The notes under the pieces: model-generated
The model's database searches: none
The model's input: the letters and a program-made list of their open reading frames with translations, nothing else
What the model was told of the DNA's origin: nothing
Shown here: one piece after another, positions 26,572 to 39,500 of the stretch
Position numbering within the stretch: the stretch's first letter is position 1
Layout of the letters: every line of letters begins with the position of its first letter
Made by a program: the position numbers and the translations under genes
NCBI GenBank assembly: GCA_965368975.1
Contig: CBDUPA010000003.1
Location: 96,001 to 160,000 of the forward strand
Length of the DNA stretch: 64,000 nt
Direction of reading: 5' to 3'
DNA from: an uncultured bacterium
GTDB lineage: Bacteria > Acidobacteriota > Thermoanaerobaculia > Multivoradales > JAHZIX01

Positions 26572-27401
26572 AGAAGGACGAAGAAGAAGGCAGAAATCAG
26601 CAGATTGCGCGCCAAGGTGTTGGAAAACCGTGGAGTCTGTGCGCTGTCGAATTCGAGTATTGGCTCTTCGGGCGGTCGAGCCAGCAGCTGGTGGACCTCG
26701 CGCACGGGGATGGCGAAATTCAGGTTCTGCGATAGGTAATACTGGCTGACTACCACGCCGACCACCGCACCGCGGCGGTCGAGCACGGGGGAACCGCTGG
26801 AGCCGGGGGAGATGCCCGCGGTGATCTGCAGCAGCACGGCATCCGGTACCGCGGAGGCCAGGCTGGTGTCGTCGAAGCCTTCTGCGAGCTCGGTCAGTGG
26901 CCGTTGCGCGGCGACGATCCCGGTAGAGACGCTACCGCCGAGTCCCAGGGGGCTTCCGATGACGAGGATCGGTTCGCCTTGCTCGGCGAGCGACGGAGCG
27001 GCCAACGCCAGGCCGGGGGGGCGGCTCGGCCCTGAGGCTGGAGCCGATTCCTGGTCCTCTTGCTGGCGCAGTTCGAGCACGGCCAAGTCGTATTCGCGGT
27101 CCGCAGCCACAATACGCTCGATGGCAGCCTCGCTGCCGTCGGCCAGCACCGCGCGGAGGTTGCGCACCCCGGAGACGACATGCCAGTTGGTGATGACGCG
27201 CCCGTCTTGCAGAAAGAAGCCGGTACCGGTGCTCTCACCGCCAAGGTCCGTCTGACCACGCAGCAATACGACAGAATCTCGGTGCTCGCGCACCAGCTGC
27301 TTGAGCAAGTCGGGGTCGAAAGTCTGAGCCCCGGCGGTGGCGCTCACAGTCAACAGCAGGCAGCCGGCGAGCCAGCGCAACGCTCTCATGGTCCAGAGCA
27401 T
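26544..27401 (-). CDS. Trypsin-like (S1C) serine protease with signal peptide and C-terminal TM anchor
   Basis: GTGFF, TNWHVV, DLAVL and ISPGSSGSP. Hydrophobic C-terminus. Overlaps the rhomboid start. Confidence 0.88.
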   Translation of the reverse strand: MLWTMRALRWLAGCLLLTVSATAGAQTFDPDLLKQLVREHRDSVVLLRGQTDLGGESTGTGFFLQDGRVITNWHVVSGVRNLRAVLADGSEAAIERIVAADREYDLAVLELRQQEDQESAPASGPSRPPGLALAAPSLAEQGEPILVIGSPLGLGGSVSTGIVAAQRPLTELAEGFDDTSLASAVPDAVLLQITAGISPGSSGSPVLDRRGAVVGVVVSQYYLSQNLNFAIPVREVHQLLARPPEEPILEFDSAQTPRFSNTLARNLLISAFFFVLLWLTYRRLR

Positions 27402-27522
27402 CTCACGATTCACGGCACTTTGGCAGATGATCCAGAATTGTTCTAAGGTAGACGGTTGTCCCCCTCCTCTTGGGTTGGCGAGAAGCAGTAATGCCGGTGT
27501 CGTAACCGGTCAATGAGATGAA

Positions 27523-30500
27523 ATGCAAAGGGTCCTGGTAGACGTACGGTTGATGGGCGCCCGGCAGCCGGCGGCCATTGCGGTGGCGGCGGGACGGCGT
27601 GTCCTCAGCTATGGCGAGTTGATCCGGCGTGCCGCGCTCCTGGCCGCCTACCTACGCCAGCGCGGAGCCGGCGCGGAGAAGCTGGTGGCTGTGCGCATGG
27701 AGCGGGGCTGTGATCTGGCGGTGGCGCTGCTCGCGGTCGACCAGGCCGGCGCTTGCTGGCTGCCGCTACCACCCGAGATTCCACTGCCTCGCGCACGGCA
27801 GCTGGCTCGGCGAGCGCGCGCCGGGTTGGTGCTCGTCGCGGAGGCCAGCGCGGCTCGTGGCCTGGAGTTGCCGGTGGTTTGCCTGCGCTGCCACGCGCAC
27901 GGGATCGCGGCTTCCTCGCCGGCCGAGCCGGTCGAGGTGCACCCGCAGGCCGCCGCCTATGTGCTGGCCACCTCGGGTACTGGCGGTCGTGCCAAGCTGG
28001 TCGAAGTCAGTCACGGCGCGCGCTCCTTCCACGCCCGCCGGGTCGCCGAAGCGTTTCGCCTGCGTCCTGACGATCGGGTCGCGCAGCTGGCATCCCCGGC
28101 CTTCGACGTATCCCTGGAAGAGATGCTACCGACGTGGGTCAGCGGTGGCTGCGTCGTGGCTTGGAGCGGAGCAGCTGCGATCACGGCACGCGCGCTGGAT
28201 CGCTGGACACGGGCGCGGCAGGTGACGGTCTGCAACCCGGCAGCTTCGCTGTGGCACGCGTGGGTGCACCTGGGCCGCGACGTGCCGGCGCTCGCCGCAT
28301 CGCTGCGGCTGGTGGTGACGGGTAGTGAGGCGGTCGAGACGGCGGCGCTGTCGATCTGGCGCCAGCAGCAGGTGTCGCCCGAACATCCTCGCTGGCTCAA
28401 TGCTTTTGGCACGACCGAGACGGCCGTCACCAGCCTTCTCTTCGAAGCACCTCCGCGACTGCCGCCAGCGGCCGTGACGGATCTTCACGTGCCGATCGGA
28501 TCGCCGCTCGACGGGGTCGAGGTCAGGATCTGCGACCGCCGGGGCGAGCAGGTCGAGCCCGGCGGCGAAGGCGAGCTATGGCTGAGCGGACCAGGGCTGG
28601 CACGCGGCTACCGCGGAGATCCGGCGCGCACCGCCGACGCGTTCCGCCCCCACCCGAAGGGCGATGGCGAACGTTTCTATCGGACCGGGGATCGCGTGTG
28701 CCGCCGGATCGACGGCGGACCCCTGCAGTGGCTCGGCCGCTTCGACGCGCAGGTCAAGATCCGTGGGGTCCGCGTCCAGCCCGGCGAGGTGGCTGCTTGC
28801 CTGGCCGAGCACCCAGGTGTGGCCGAAGCTTTCGTCGTACCGGCGGGGCAGGGTGGGCTGGGAACCGAGCCACGGTTGGTTGCCTACGTCGTGCCGCGGC
28901 GGATAGAGGTCCGGGTGGAGCGTCGCGTCGCACAGCACCTGGAGCGTCAACGACAGGTCTATGAAGCCCTGCACGAGGCGGCCACACCGCAGCACGACGA
29001 CGACTTCGCGGGCTGGAACAGTAGCTTCACCGGCGAGGCGATCGCGCCCGAGTCCATGCGGGCCTGGCAGGCGCTGGCGCTAGCACGAATCCGCCGGCTG
29101 CATCCGCGCCGGCTGCTCGACGTGGGCTGCGGTGAGGGGCTCCTGTTGCGACCGTTGTTGGCCGACGGCATCGAGGCCGTCGGCGTCGACGCTTCGGCAG
29201 CGGCGCTGGGGCGCCTTCGACGCCGGCTGGAGCAGGATCGGAGGCCCGTCTTGGTCGAGGCCGCCGCGCACGACCTGGGAGATCTCGACGGCCAGCGCCC
29301 CTTCGACACCATCGTGCTCAACTCCGTGGTTCAACACTTCCCGAGTGTCGAGTACCTGTTGCGCGTGCTCGACGCTACGGTGGAGCGGCTGGCAGCCGGC
29401 GGCTGCCTGTTCGTCGGGGATGTGCGGAGCTTGCCTCTGCAACCACTGTTGGCCGTCGCGATCGAACTGCAGCGCTCCGGTGCCTCGACATCACTGGCGG
29501 AGCTTCGGCGGCGCGTCGACGACCGCTGCCGCGGCGAGCGCGAGCTGCTGGTCGACCCACGCTGGTTCCCGCAGCTGCGCCGACGCTGGCCACGCCTGAC
29601 TTGGTGGCGCATCGAACCGAAGGTTGCGCGACCGGAAGATCGGACCTTCGCTGCCGGAGCGGCATTGGATCGAGAGCTGGCCGATTTCCGTTATGACGTC
29701 ACTCTCGGTTTCGACACCCCTCCACCGGTGCACCTCGCCGTGCCGCAAGCCGCCGCGAGTGCAGCGCGCGGCGGTGAAGCTCCTGCTGGAATCGAGGCGC
29801 GATTGCGGCAGGAACCCGGTGATTGGGTGGTGCTGCAGGCCTTGATCCATCGACGCCTGGAGCCTGAAGTCGCGGCGTTGCGCTGGCTTCGCCTGTCCGG
29901 CGCAGACCCGGGTGCGGAGATCGAGGTTCCAGCGACCGTTGGTGACCTGCGCGCACGTCTGGCGGCGCTGCCGCGGGTCGGTGTCGACCCCGACGACGTC
30001 GCCGAGCTGGCCGCGCGGCTGGGTTGGCAACATGCCTTCAGCTGGCAGTGCGGCGGCCAGGAGGGAGCCTTCGATGCGGTCTTCTGGCGTGCAGGCCACT
30101 CGGTGCCCGTCGAATCTCGGAAGGACCGGGCTGACGGGTATGGCGACGGGCCCGACCGGCTCGAGCCAGATCCTTGGCTCGACGGGCAGGTCTTGACCAA
30201 CGATCCGCGACTCCCGGAGCTGGCGGAGAGTCTGCCGCCGCTTCTACAGGCGCACGCCGCGGCGCACTTGCCAGCAGCCTTGCGGCCCGCGGCCTACGTC
30301 GTCCTGGCGGCGCTACCACGCACCGTCTCGGGCAAGCCGGATCGGGCCGCCCTGCCCGCGGCCCGATCCGAGCGGCCCGGCTGGTTGGGTCCCTGGCAAG
30401 CACCACGGCCGGGACTGGAGACCGAACTGGCACGGCGCTGGAGTGACCTGTTGGCGATTGAGCCGATCGGGCGCCTGGACGGTTTCTTTGAACTCGGTGG

Positions 30501-33500
30501 TCATTCGCTGAGCGCGGCTCGACTGCTCGAACGGGTCCAGCTGGACTTCGGTGTCGAACTCTCGCTGGCGGCACTCTTCGCCGCGCCGCGTTTGTGTGAC
30601 GTCGCGGCACGTCTCAGCGAGGCAGAGCAAGCCGCGGGCAGTCCTTCGAAAGGTTCCTCGGAAACGAGTCGCAGTCGCAGTCGCCGGCAGGGTCTGTCGT
30701 GGCCGCAGCGGGAGCTGTGGCTGGCCTGGCGACGTGCCCCGGACAGCACTGCCTTCTCGGTCCCGTCATCCTGCCGGGTCGAGGCGGCGCTGGCGTCCGT
30801 CCTGGTAGCCTGGCAGCGGTTGCAGCTGGAGCATCCAGTCCTCCGCTGCCGCGTCGAGAGAGGCGCTGGCAGTGGTGCCGGCAGTGGTGCCGGAAGTGGT
30901 GAGCCGAGGCTGGTGGCCGGGCCCTTCTTGCCGCTTCGTGTGCTCGATCTACAGGGGCTGCCCGTGGCTCGGCGCGCCGAAGAATGTCGGCGCCTGGCCC
31001 GCCATCTCGTGGCACTGCCGTTCGATCTGGAAGCCGGGCCGTGTGGCCGAGCCGTCCTGGTTGGAGAAGGCCGAAGCGCGACCTTGTTGACGGTCTTCCA
31101 TCACCTGATCTTCGACGGCCGTTCCGCCGACGTTCTACCCGACATGCTCTCCAACCTGATGGCACGGCAAAGCGCCGGGCCGGGTGCGGTCGGTTTCGAC
31201 CAGGACGAGCCCGTGGAACTCTCCGAGGCGGTTCAGGACTACTGGCGACCTCGGTTGCGGCCTGTGGCTGCGGCCTTGACTCCGGATCGACCGGGTTCGG
31301 ACACGGATTCGACGGCGTCCGTGGCCTGGGGGCTACGCTTGCCGGCGGCGGTGACCGCCGAGCTGCGAGAGCAAGGGCGGCAGGCGGGAGACCCGCCGCT
31401 TGGTACCTGGTTGAGCTGGCTCCTGGTGACGCTGCGGCGCTGGGCAGGTCGGGAGGTTGCAGCCACCATCGCCGTCGACGGCCGTCCGAGGGTTCCTCCG
31501 ACGGCTTCCTCGACTTTGGGGATGTTCGTGCGTACGCTGCTGGTCCGTCCATGGTTCGCAGCAGCGTCAGCCCTGGCGGATGAGGCCTTGGTCGACGTCC
31601 GGGCCGAAGTCGGCGCCGAGTTGCGCCGCGTCTTCGACGGACTCGACATTCCCCTGGAGCACCTTCGGCACGCGTTCGGCGGTGGCGAGGAAAGCGGGGC
31701 TCTGTCCGCCGTCAGCGTGGTGCTGCACGATGCCGGGGGGCGACCAGGCGCGGACGGGGAATCACCGCCGGCAGGCAGTCACCGTGCGTCCGCGGGGATT
31801 CGCGCCGTGCCCTGGCCCGGGCCGTGGCCAGCGACGGCACCGCCCGGACCGTCGATCCCCTGGTGGACGGTACGCGCGGACCTGGAGATTCACCTGTGGC
31901 CGCTGCCTGCCGCGGCTGGAGCTGGGACCTCGGAAGGACTCGGAGGGCTGGTGCTCGGTCGTCGCGCGCTGTATGACTGGACGACCATCCAGCGCCTGAC
32001 GCGGTCGCTGGAGTCTACTGCGGTGCAACTGGCGGGGGGGCACCTGCGCGGGGCTTCCAGCGGTGCGCGGCTACGCGACCTCGAGGTGCTGGCACCCGCT
32101 GCTCGCCATCAGCTGCTGCACGAGTGGCGCAGACCCCCGGGCTCATCGGCTTCGACGCCCGAACTCTTGGGCGCTGCCTTCCTGGCCCAGGCAGCGCGCC
32201 GGCCCGAGGCGGTGGCGGTGCAGTGGCATCGTGGCTGCCTGAGCTATCGAGAACTGGCACGCCGGGCAGATGCCTTCGCGGCTCGGTTGCGGCGTGACGG
32301 TGCCGCCTCGGTCGCGGGTCGCGAGCGGGAGGCGCCGGTGGCGGTCTGCCTGGACCGTGGCCCGGCCCAGCTCGTCGCGCTCCTCGGTGTCGTGCTGGCG
32401 GGTGTGCCCTACTTGCCGCTGTCGGTCGATGGGCCGCGGCGGCGGCTGGAAGCTGTTCTGCGGCAGACGGGGTGCCGCCACGTCTGTGGCACGCCCGAGA
32501 TCTTCGACGACATTGTCAGAGGATTGGACCTTTCCAGACGACGGGATGATCGAGCGGGGCAAGCCTCGCTGTGGCACTACGATGCCGCGACCGTGCAGCA
32601 GGTCGAGGCGTCCTGGTCCAGCGCGCCGAAGCCGCCACGGGCCCAGCCGCTGCAAGCGGTATACATCCTCCATACCTCGGGCTCCACCGGTACGCCCCGG
32701 GGTGTGGTGGTGTCGCAGCTGGCCTTGGCGGGACAGCTGGCGTGGTTGCGCCGTCGACTTGACTTCGGCCCCAGCGACGCGCTGCTGCACAAGACCGCCG
32801 TTACCTTCGACGCCGCCGGTTGGGAGTTGTGGTTGCCGCTGATCAGTGGTGGCCGGTTATTGCTCGCACCCGGCGGCGACGAGTTTGACCCCGGGCGTCT
32901 GTGGCGACGACTGCAGACATGGCGCGCGACGGTGCTCCAGCTGGTCCCTTCGCAGCTGGGCGCACTGCTGGCGAGGCCGCTTCCTGCCGGGCTCTCGATC
33001 GCGGGCGGCGGTTCGCTGCGCTGGCTGGCGTGCGGCGGAGAAGTGCTGCCGCCGACGTTGGCACGAGCCTGGTACGAGCGTTGCCCAAGAACGCGGCTGC
33101 TCAACCTCTACGGTCCGACCGAGGCGACGATCAATGCCAGCTCCGAGCTCGTAGCGGCGGTGGATCTGCGGCGAGAGGCTTCCGGGCGAGAGGCCGCCGC
33201 GCGAGTGGCACTTGGGCGGTCGTGCGATGGTGTCGAGACGCTGGTGGTGCAGGCGGATGGCGACCTGGCCGTGCCAGGGCAAGCTGGTGAGCTTGCGCTC
33301 GCGGGCGCCGGACTGGCGCGTGGCTATCAGGGCTGTCCGGCGGCGACGGCGGAGGCCTTCCGTCCGCATCCGTGGTCCCGGCGCCCGGGGGGCAGGCTGT
33401 ACTTCACCGGTGACCGCGTGCGCTTCCTGTCTGACGGCCGACTGGACTTCTTGGGACGCCTGGACGATCAGCTCAAGCTGCGGGGTGTGCGCATCGAGCC

Positions 33501-36500
33501 GGGCGAGATCGAAGCCGTGCTGTTGCGCCACCCACGGTTGCAGGCTGCTGTCGTCGGCGTGGTAGGGGAGGGCGACCGCCGAAGCCTGACTGCCTGGGTT
33601 GTTGGCCACAGCGACGCGGCGTCCGAGGAATCCGCGGCGGCGATCGACGAGGACCTGTCCGCGAAAGGCTTGCGGCGCTTCGTTGCGCGCACCCTGCCGG
33701 TGTCCTCGGTGCCGTCGCAGGTGCACGTGCTGCCACACTTGCCGCTGACGTTGCACGGCAAGGTCGATCGGCGACGTCTGCAGGCCCAGGCAAGCGCCAG
33801 TATGCCCCGGCCGGGCGTCAAAAACCGGCTGGGCGTCCTGGAGCGCGACCGTGAGCCGCGACACACGCCGCTCGAAGCCGACTTGGTGCGCTGGGTCACC
33901 TCGATGGTGCCCGGATTGCAGGCGGGCGATGTCGGGGTCGACACGGATCTGTTGCAACTCGGCCTCGACTCGCTGCGTGGCCTGGAGCTGCTGGCACAGT
34001 TCGAGCAGCGTAGTGGCCTGCACCTGCGCCTGCGCGACCTGTTCGAGACGCCGACGATCGCGGGTCTGGCGGCGCGGGCCGAGGTCAGCAGGTTGTCAGG
34101 CTTGAAGACGGCTGCTGAGGCGATCGGTCAGTCCCGGTCGGCCCCCGCTCAGACGCGCGCGACGTTTGCCCAGGAGCGGCTGTGGGTCGAAGAGAAGCGG
34201 CGGGCGCCAGGCCGTGGAATCTCGGGCTATCACCTGGCCCTGGCCTGGGATCTGGCTGCGCCTCCCGCGCGCCTGCGCGCCCTCCGCTGCCAGCTACCCG
34301 AGGCGCTGTGTGCCTTGGCTCGGCGCCATCCGCTGCTGCGGGTCGATCTCGTCGAGGAAATGGGGGAACTGCGGCTGCGGATGCAGGACACCGGCGGTCT
34401 CGAGAGGTACTGTCCCGAGACGCTCCGGCACCTGGATCTGACGGGTCTGGCTCCTACGGTCCGGTCGCTGCATCTGCGGCGCTTGCATGCGGCTGCGTTG
34501 GGCCGTCCGCTGCTCCCTGAGCTGGCGCGTTCCTGCTGGCTGCAGCTAGCGCCCGACCATGCTCAGCTGATCTTGGTCTGGCATCACTTGATCGTCGACG
34601 GTGCCTCTCTGGGTTGGTTGGCGCAAGACCTGAGTTCAGCACTGTGCCGGCACGGAGAAGAGTCGCAGACCGGGGACGAGGCGCAGGCTGCCGCGCTCGA
34701 CTCGGCCCTGCCGTACCTTCGCTTCGCACGCGACCAGCGGCAGTGGGCCGAAGGTGTTGAGGCACAGCGAGCCAGCGTCTACTGGCGAAGGCGTCTGCGC
34801 GGCTACCGCCCGTGGACCTTGCTACCGCTCAGCAGCGAGCTGGCGAAGGTCGAGCTGCCATCAGCGGCACGGACCGCACGCATCGAATTGCCGGCGGCGC
34901 TGGTCGCCGAGCTGCAGCAGCGGGGAGCGACCGCGGGGGCGACGCTCAACATGGTTCTGCTGGCTGCCCTCTTCGCCCTGTTGGCGCGGCACGGTCGACG
35001 AGACTTGCTGATCGGCGTGCCGGTCAACGAGCGGCGCACGCCGGAAGTCCAGCGTTGCACGGGCCTGTTCGTCAACCTGCTGCCGCTGCGGCTGCGCTGG
35101 CAGGAGGAGGACGACTGGCCCAGCTTGCTCGAGCGGGTCCGTCGAGCGCTGCTCAGGGATCTGGAGCGTGCAGCACTGCCTTTTGAGCAGATCGTCGACG
35201 TCGCGGGCTGGACGAGGGCCGGTTGGTCCCGGACGGGCGTCGGCGTTTTGCCGGCACTCCTGGGGCTGGGCGATCAGACGCCCGCGTTGCCACTCGGTGG
35301 CATCGGGACCGCGCCGCTCGACCTGCCGGTACCGGTCGCGGTTCAGGACCTGGAGTTCCAGCTGCGACGCACGGCGACGGGGGGTATCGAGGGCGTTCTG
35401 GTCCGTCCGGCCGTGGTTGCCCACGAGGCCGTCGAGGCCATGGCGGCCGAGTACCGCCAGTTGCTCGAGCATCTGGCCGCGACGCCGGAGGCTCGTGTTC
35501 CGCTGGCCCTCACTTCGCTGGCTGACCGGCGACTGGAAGTTGCGTTCTCTCTCCCGAGTGCCGCGGCTCCGACCGAGGCCAGTCCGACGATCTCCTGGAC
35601 GCCCCCGCGATCTCCCGAAGAGGCTGTGCTGGCCGAGGTCTGGGCCGACCTGCTCGATGGGCAGCGCCAGCGAGGCCACGGTCCCGGTGTCCACGAGGAT
35701 CTCTTCGCCCTGGGGGCGCACTCTCTGCTTCTCCTGCGTGCGGCCCATCGTCTGCGCGGGCTGTGGAAGCGTGACGTGTCGCTGGCCTGGCTGTTCGAGC
35801 ATCCTACAATCGCCCAGCAGGCCGCGGCCCTGGCGGCGCCGGGAGCACTGGCACGGCCCCCTTCGGGGCAGGATCTCCGGGGCACTGAAGCCGGGCGGAA
35901 GCGGCGCGACGGACCCGTGAAGTTGGTGGCGCCGGTTTCCTTTGCCCAGCGTCGCCTGATCCGCACCGAGCGCTGGTCGCCGGGATCGGTGGCCTACAAC
36001 CTGGCTGTCGCTTGGCAGGTCGAGGGTTCGCTGCAGCTACGCGCTCTCGAGCGTGCCGGGCAATCGCTGGTGCGGCGTCACGAGAGCCTGCGCACCCGCT
36101 TTGGCCGTTCCGACCACGCGCTACGCCAGGTTGTACTCGCCGCCTCGCCGGTGACGCTGCGCCGCATCGATGTGCGCGGCTTGCCGGTAGCTGTCGCCCG
36201 AGAGCTGGGTGTCGAGTTGCTGCGTCGCGCTGCGCTGCAGCCGTTCGACCCTCTGCACCGTGCCCAGATGCTGCGACTGCTGGTGGTGCTACAGCCCGAG
36301 GACACCAGCGCCCGAGCCCACCAGCAAGTGTTGTTGGCCAGTCACCACCTGGCCGTCGACGGCTGGTCGCTGGGCTTGCTGGCCCGCGACGTGGGACGCT
36401 TCTACCGCGAGCAGCTGTCGTCACCGTCGATGCCGTCCAGGGTGCCGGCCCCGGCATTGCAGCCCGCGGACGCCGCGATCGCTGAGCGTCGCTGGCTGCG

Positions 36501-39500
36501 CGGGAGCCGACGTCGACGCTGGTTGCGTGCCGGGCTCGCGCAGCTGGAGAACCTCGAGCCGATCGAGCTGCCTGCCGATCGTCCTGCGGCTCGCCTGGTC
36601 CACCGGCTGGAGGGTAGGGGCGGTGTGGAAGCGGCGGAAGCCGAGGCCGGCGGGAGTGTCGCCGTGCACCTGGAAGCGACGCTCTCGGCCAGTGTGCGAG
36701 AACTGGCGGCGACAGCCGGTGCCACGCCCTTCATGGTGCTGCTCAGCGCCGCAGCGGCGGTGCTGGCGCGGCGCCGCGATGCGGTGCGTGGCGGTCGAGA
36801 CGTTGTCTTCGGTGCGCCGGAAGCCGGCCGGTCCGGAGGCTATCTCGAGACCGGCATGCTCGACGACGTGGTCGGCAACTTCGTCAACCCGCTGGTGCTG
36901 CGCGTGTCGATGGCACAGCCAGGGGCGGTGACCTTGCAGGGCTTGGTACAGCAGGTGAGGGACGTTTGCCTGCGCGCTTTCGAACTGCGCGCACTGCCGT
37001 TCGACCTCCTGCAGCGCGCCTGGCGTCGACGGCAGCAAGCGTCACGCACCTCCCTGTTCCAGGCGTCCTTCGCGCTGCACGACCTACCACCGGCCGTGCC
37101 CGACTTCGGGCAAGCAACGGTCACCGAGATCGAGCTGCCGTGTCTGCCCGTGCATTTCGACCTTGCCTGGCACTGGTGGTGGCAAGGTGAGACTCTGGCC
37201 GGGCAGCTGGCGTTTCGGCGCTCGTTGTTCGATACCACCAGCGTTCAGCACCTCGGACAGCAGCTGCGCTCGTTGCTGCAAGCCGCGACGTCCGATCCCC
37301 GGCGTCCGCTCGCTGCCGTGCCCTTGTGCACGGCCTCCCAGCGACAGCAGCTGCTGCGCGAGTGGCCACGCGCCGCAGCCCCGGCAGTGCCGCGCTTCGG
37401 CCCTGACGCCTTTGCCGCCTTCGAAGCCCAGGCACGGCGGACTCCGGACGCGGTGGCGATCACGCGAGATGGTGTGCACCACGGTGGTGCTTGGCTGAGC
37501 TTCGGTGCGTTGTACCGCCGGGCTCTAGGCCTTGGTCAGCTGATCGGCAGCAAGGAGCTGGGCACCGAGGGCGTGGTGGCACTGGAGGTTTCCGCAGGGT
37601 TGGAGCAAGTCATCGCCCTGCTGGCGACCCTGGCCGTGGGGGCGGCCTACCTGCCGCTCGATCCACGACAACCTCGAGCACGGCGGGACGAACTGTGCCG
37701 GGATGCCGGTGTTGGAGCTCAAGCCGGTGCTCGAGCCGTCGTCACGCGCACCGACATCCTGGCCGCCACCAGCTCCGGAGGACGGTCTGCCGCGCGACTG
37801 GTTGGTCGAGACGCACGCGCCGCCTACGTGCTCTATACCGCAGGTTCCGGTGGACGTCCCAAGGGCGTGCTCGTCGAGCATCGCCAGCTCTTGGCCTACG
37901 TACAGGCCTTCTCCGAGCGGCTCGCCGGCGGCGCACCGCGTTTCAGTTGCGCGCTGGTTCAGCCCTGGACCGTCGACTCGACGGTCAGCACGATCTTCCC
38001 ACCCCTGCTGCTGGGCGGACGCCTGTGCCTGCCGGCACGCGGTGCCACGCTGGAGCCCCGGCGTCTGGCTTCCTTCCTGGCGCGTCAGAGCGTGGATCTG
38101 TTGAAGATCGCACCGTCCCACCTGGCGGCGCTGGCCGAGACCGTGGGTGTGACGGCCTTGTTGCCCCAGCGTTGGTTGGTGGTGGGTGGAGAGACTTTCC
38201 CCGTTACCCTGGCGCGAGAGCTGGTAAGCGCGGCACCCCCGTCGCTCCAGATCTTCAATCACTACGGTCCGACCGAGACGACGGTCGGTAGCCTGATGCA
38301 TCGGCTGCCGGACGCGGTTGGGCACAACGCCTGGCCCCACGGCGTGCCGATCGGGCGCGCTCTCCCGGGTGAGCGGGCTTATGTTGTCGATCAGCGCGGG
38401 GATCCGGTACCTGTGAATGACGTCGGCGAACTCTGGCTCGGCGGTGGCGGCGTGGCGCGCGGTTATCTCGGGAAGCCAGCGGCGACGGCCTTGGCGTTCG
38501 TACCGGATCCCTGGCGGCAGGGCGCCCGTTGCTACCGCACGGGGGATCTGGTGCGCTGCCTGACCAGCGGTGAGCTGTGCTTCGTCGGCCGCCGCGATCT
38601 GCAGCTCAAGGTCCGCGGTTTTCGCGTCGAACCGGCGGAGATCGAGGCTGCCTTGCTGCGCCTGCCGGCAGTGCGCGAAGCGGTGGTCGGCAGTACCGAA
38701 GGGGTGGCGGGGGCCCGGCTGGTGGCGTTCGTGGCCGTGCGCCGTGACCAGCAGGTGAGCGCGACAGATGTGCTCGACGCACTGCGTGAGCTGCTGCCGG
38801 CTCACATGGTACCGGCGCATTGCCAGATTCTGGAGCAGCTCCCGCGCACGCCGCACGGCAAGCTCGACCGGTCTGCCTTGCTGAGCCGTGTGTTACCGGA
38901 GTTGGTCGAGTCTCAGCAAGGAACACCAGGCGCTCTCGATGGGCGTGGTGCTTCCGTCGATGATCGCACTGCTGCCGGCTCGGGCAGCACGATCCAGAAC
39001 CTCTTGGCCAGGATCTGGGCCGACGTGCTCGGTGTCACGACGGTCGACCCGCACGACGATTTCTTTCGCCTGGGCGGCGACTCGATCACGGCCCTGCGCG
39101 TGCTGGCGCGCGCCCACCGGCAGGGACTGGAGCTGAGCGTGCGTCAGCTGTTCGAGCGTCCGACCGTCGCCTCCTTGGCCGAGGTGGTGCGTCCCCTGGA
39201 CGGCCGGAGCGACGCCGCCGAGCCGCTTCGGCGAGCGTCGGGCCCCGTACCCCTGACCCCGCTGCAACAGGCGTTGCTCCGAGCCGCGCACGTGGACGTG
39301 CGCGCCGTCGATCAGGCCATGGTGGTGACGTTGTCGCGGATGGTCGCGGTCGGTCGCGTCGAGACGGCGCTGGCGGCGCTGGTGGCTCACCACGACGCGC
39401 TACGGTTGCGTTTCCGGCGCTTACGCGGACGTTGGTGGCAAGCGATGTCGCCGGCGTCTCGGGTGACCGTGGCGATGAGCCCCAGGGTCGAGGTCGTAGA

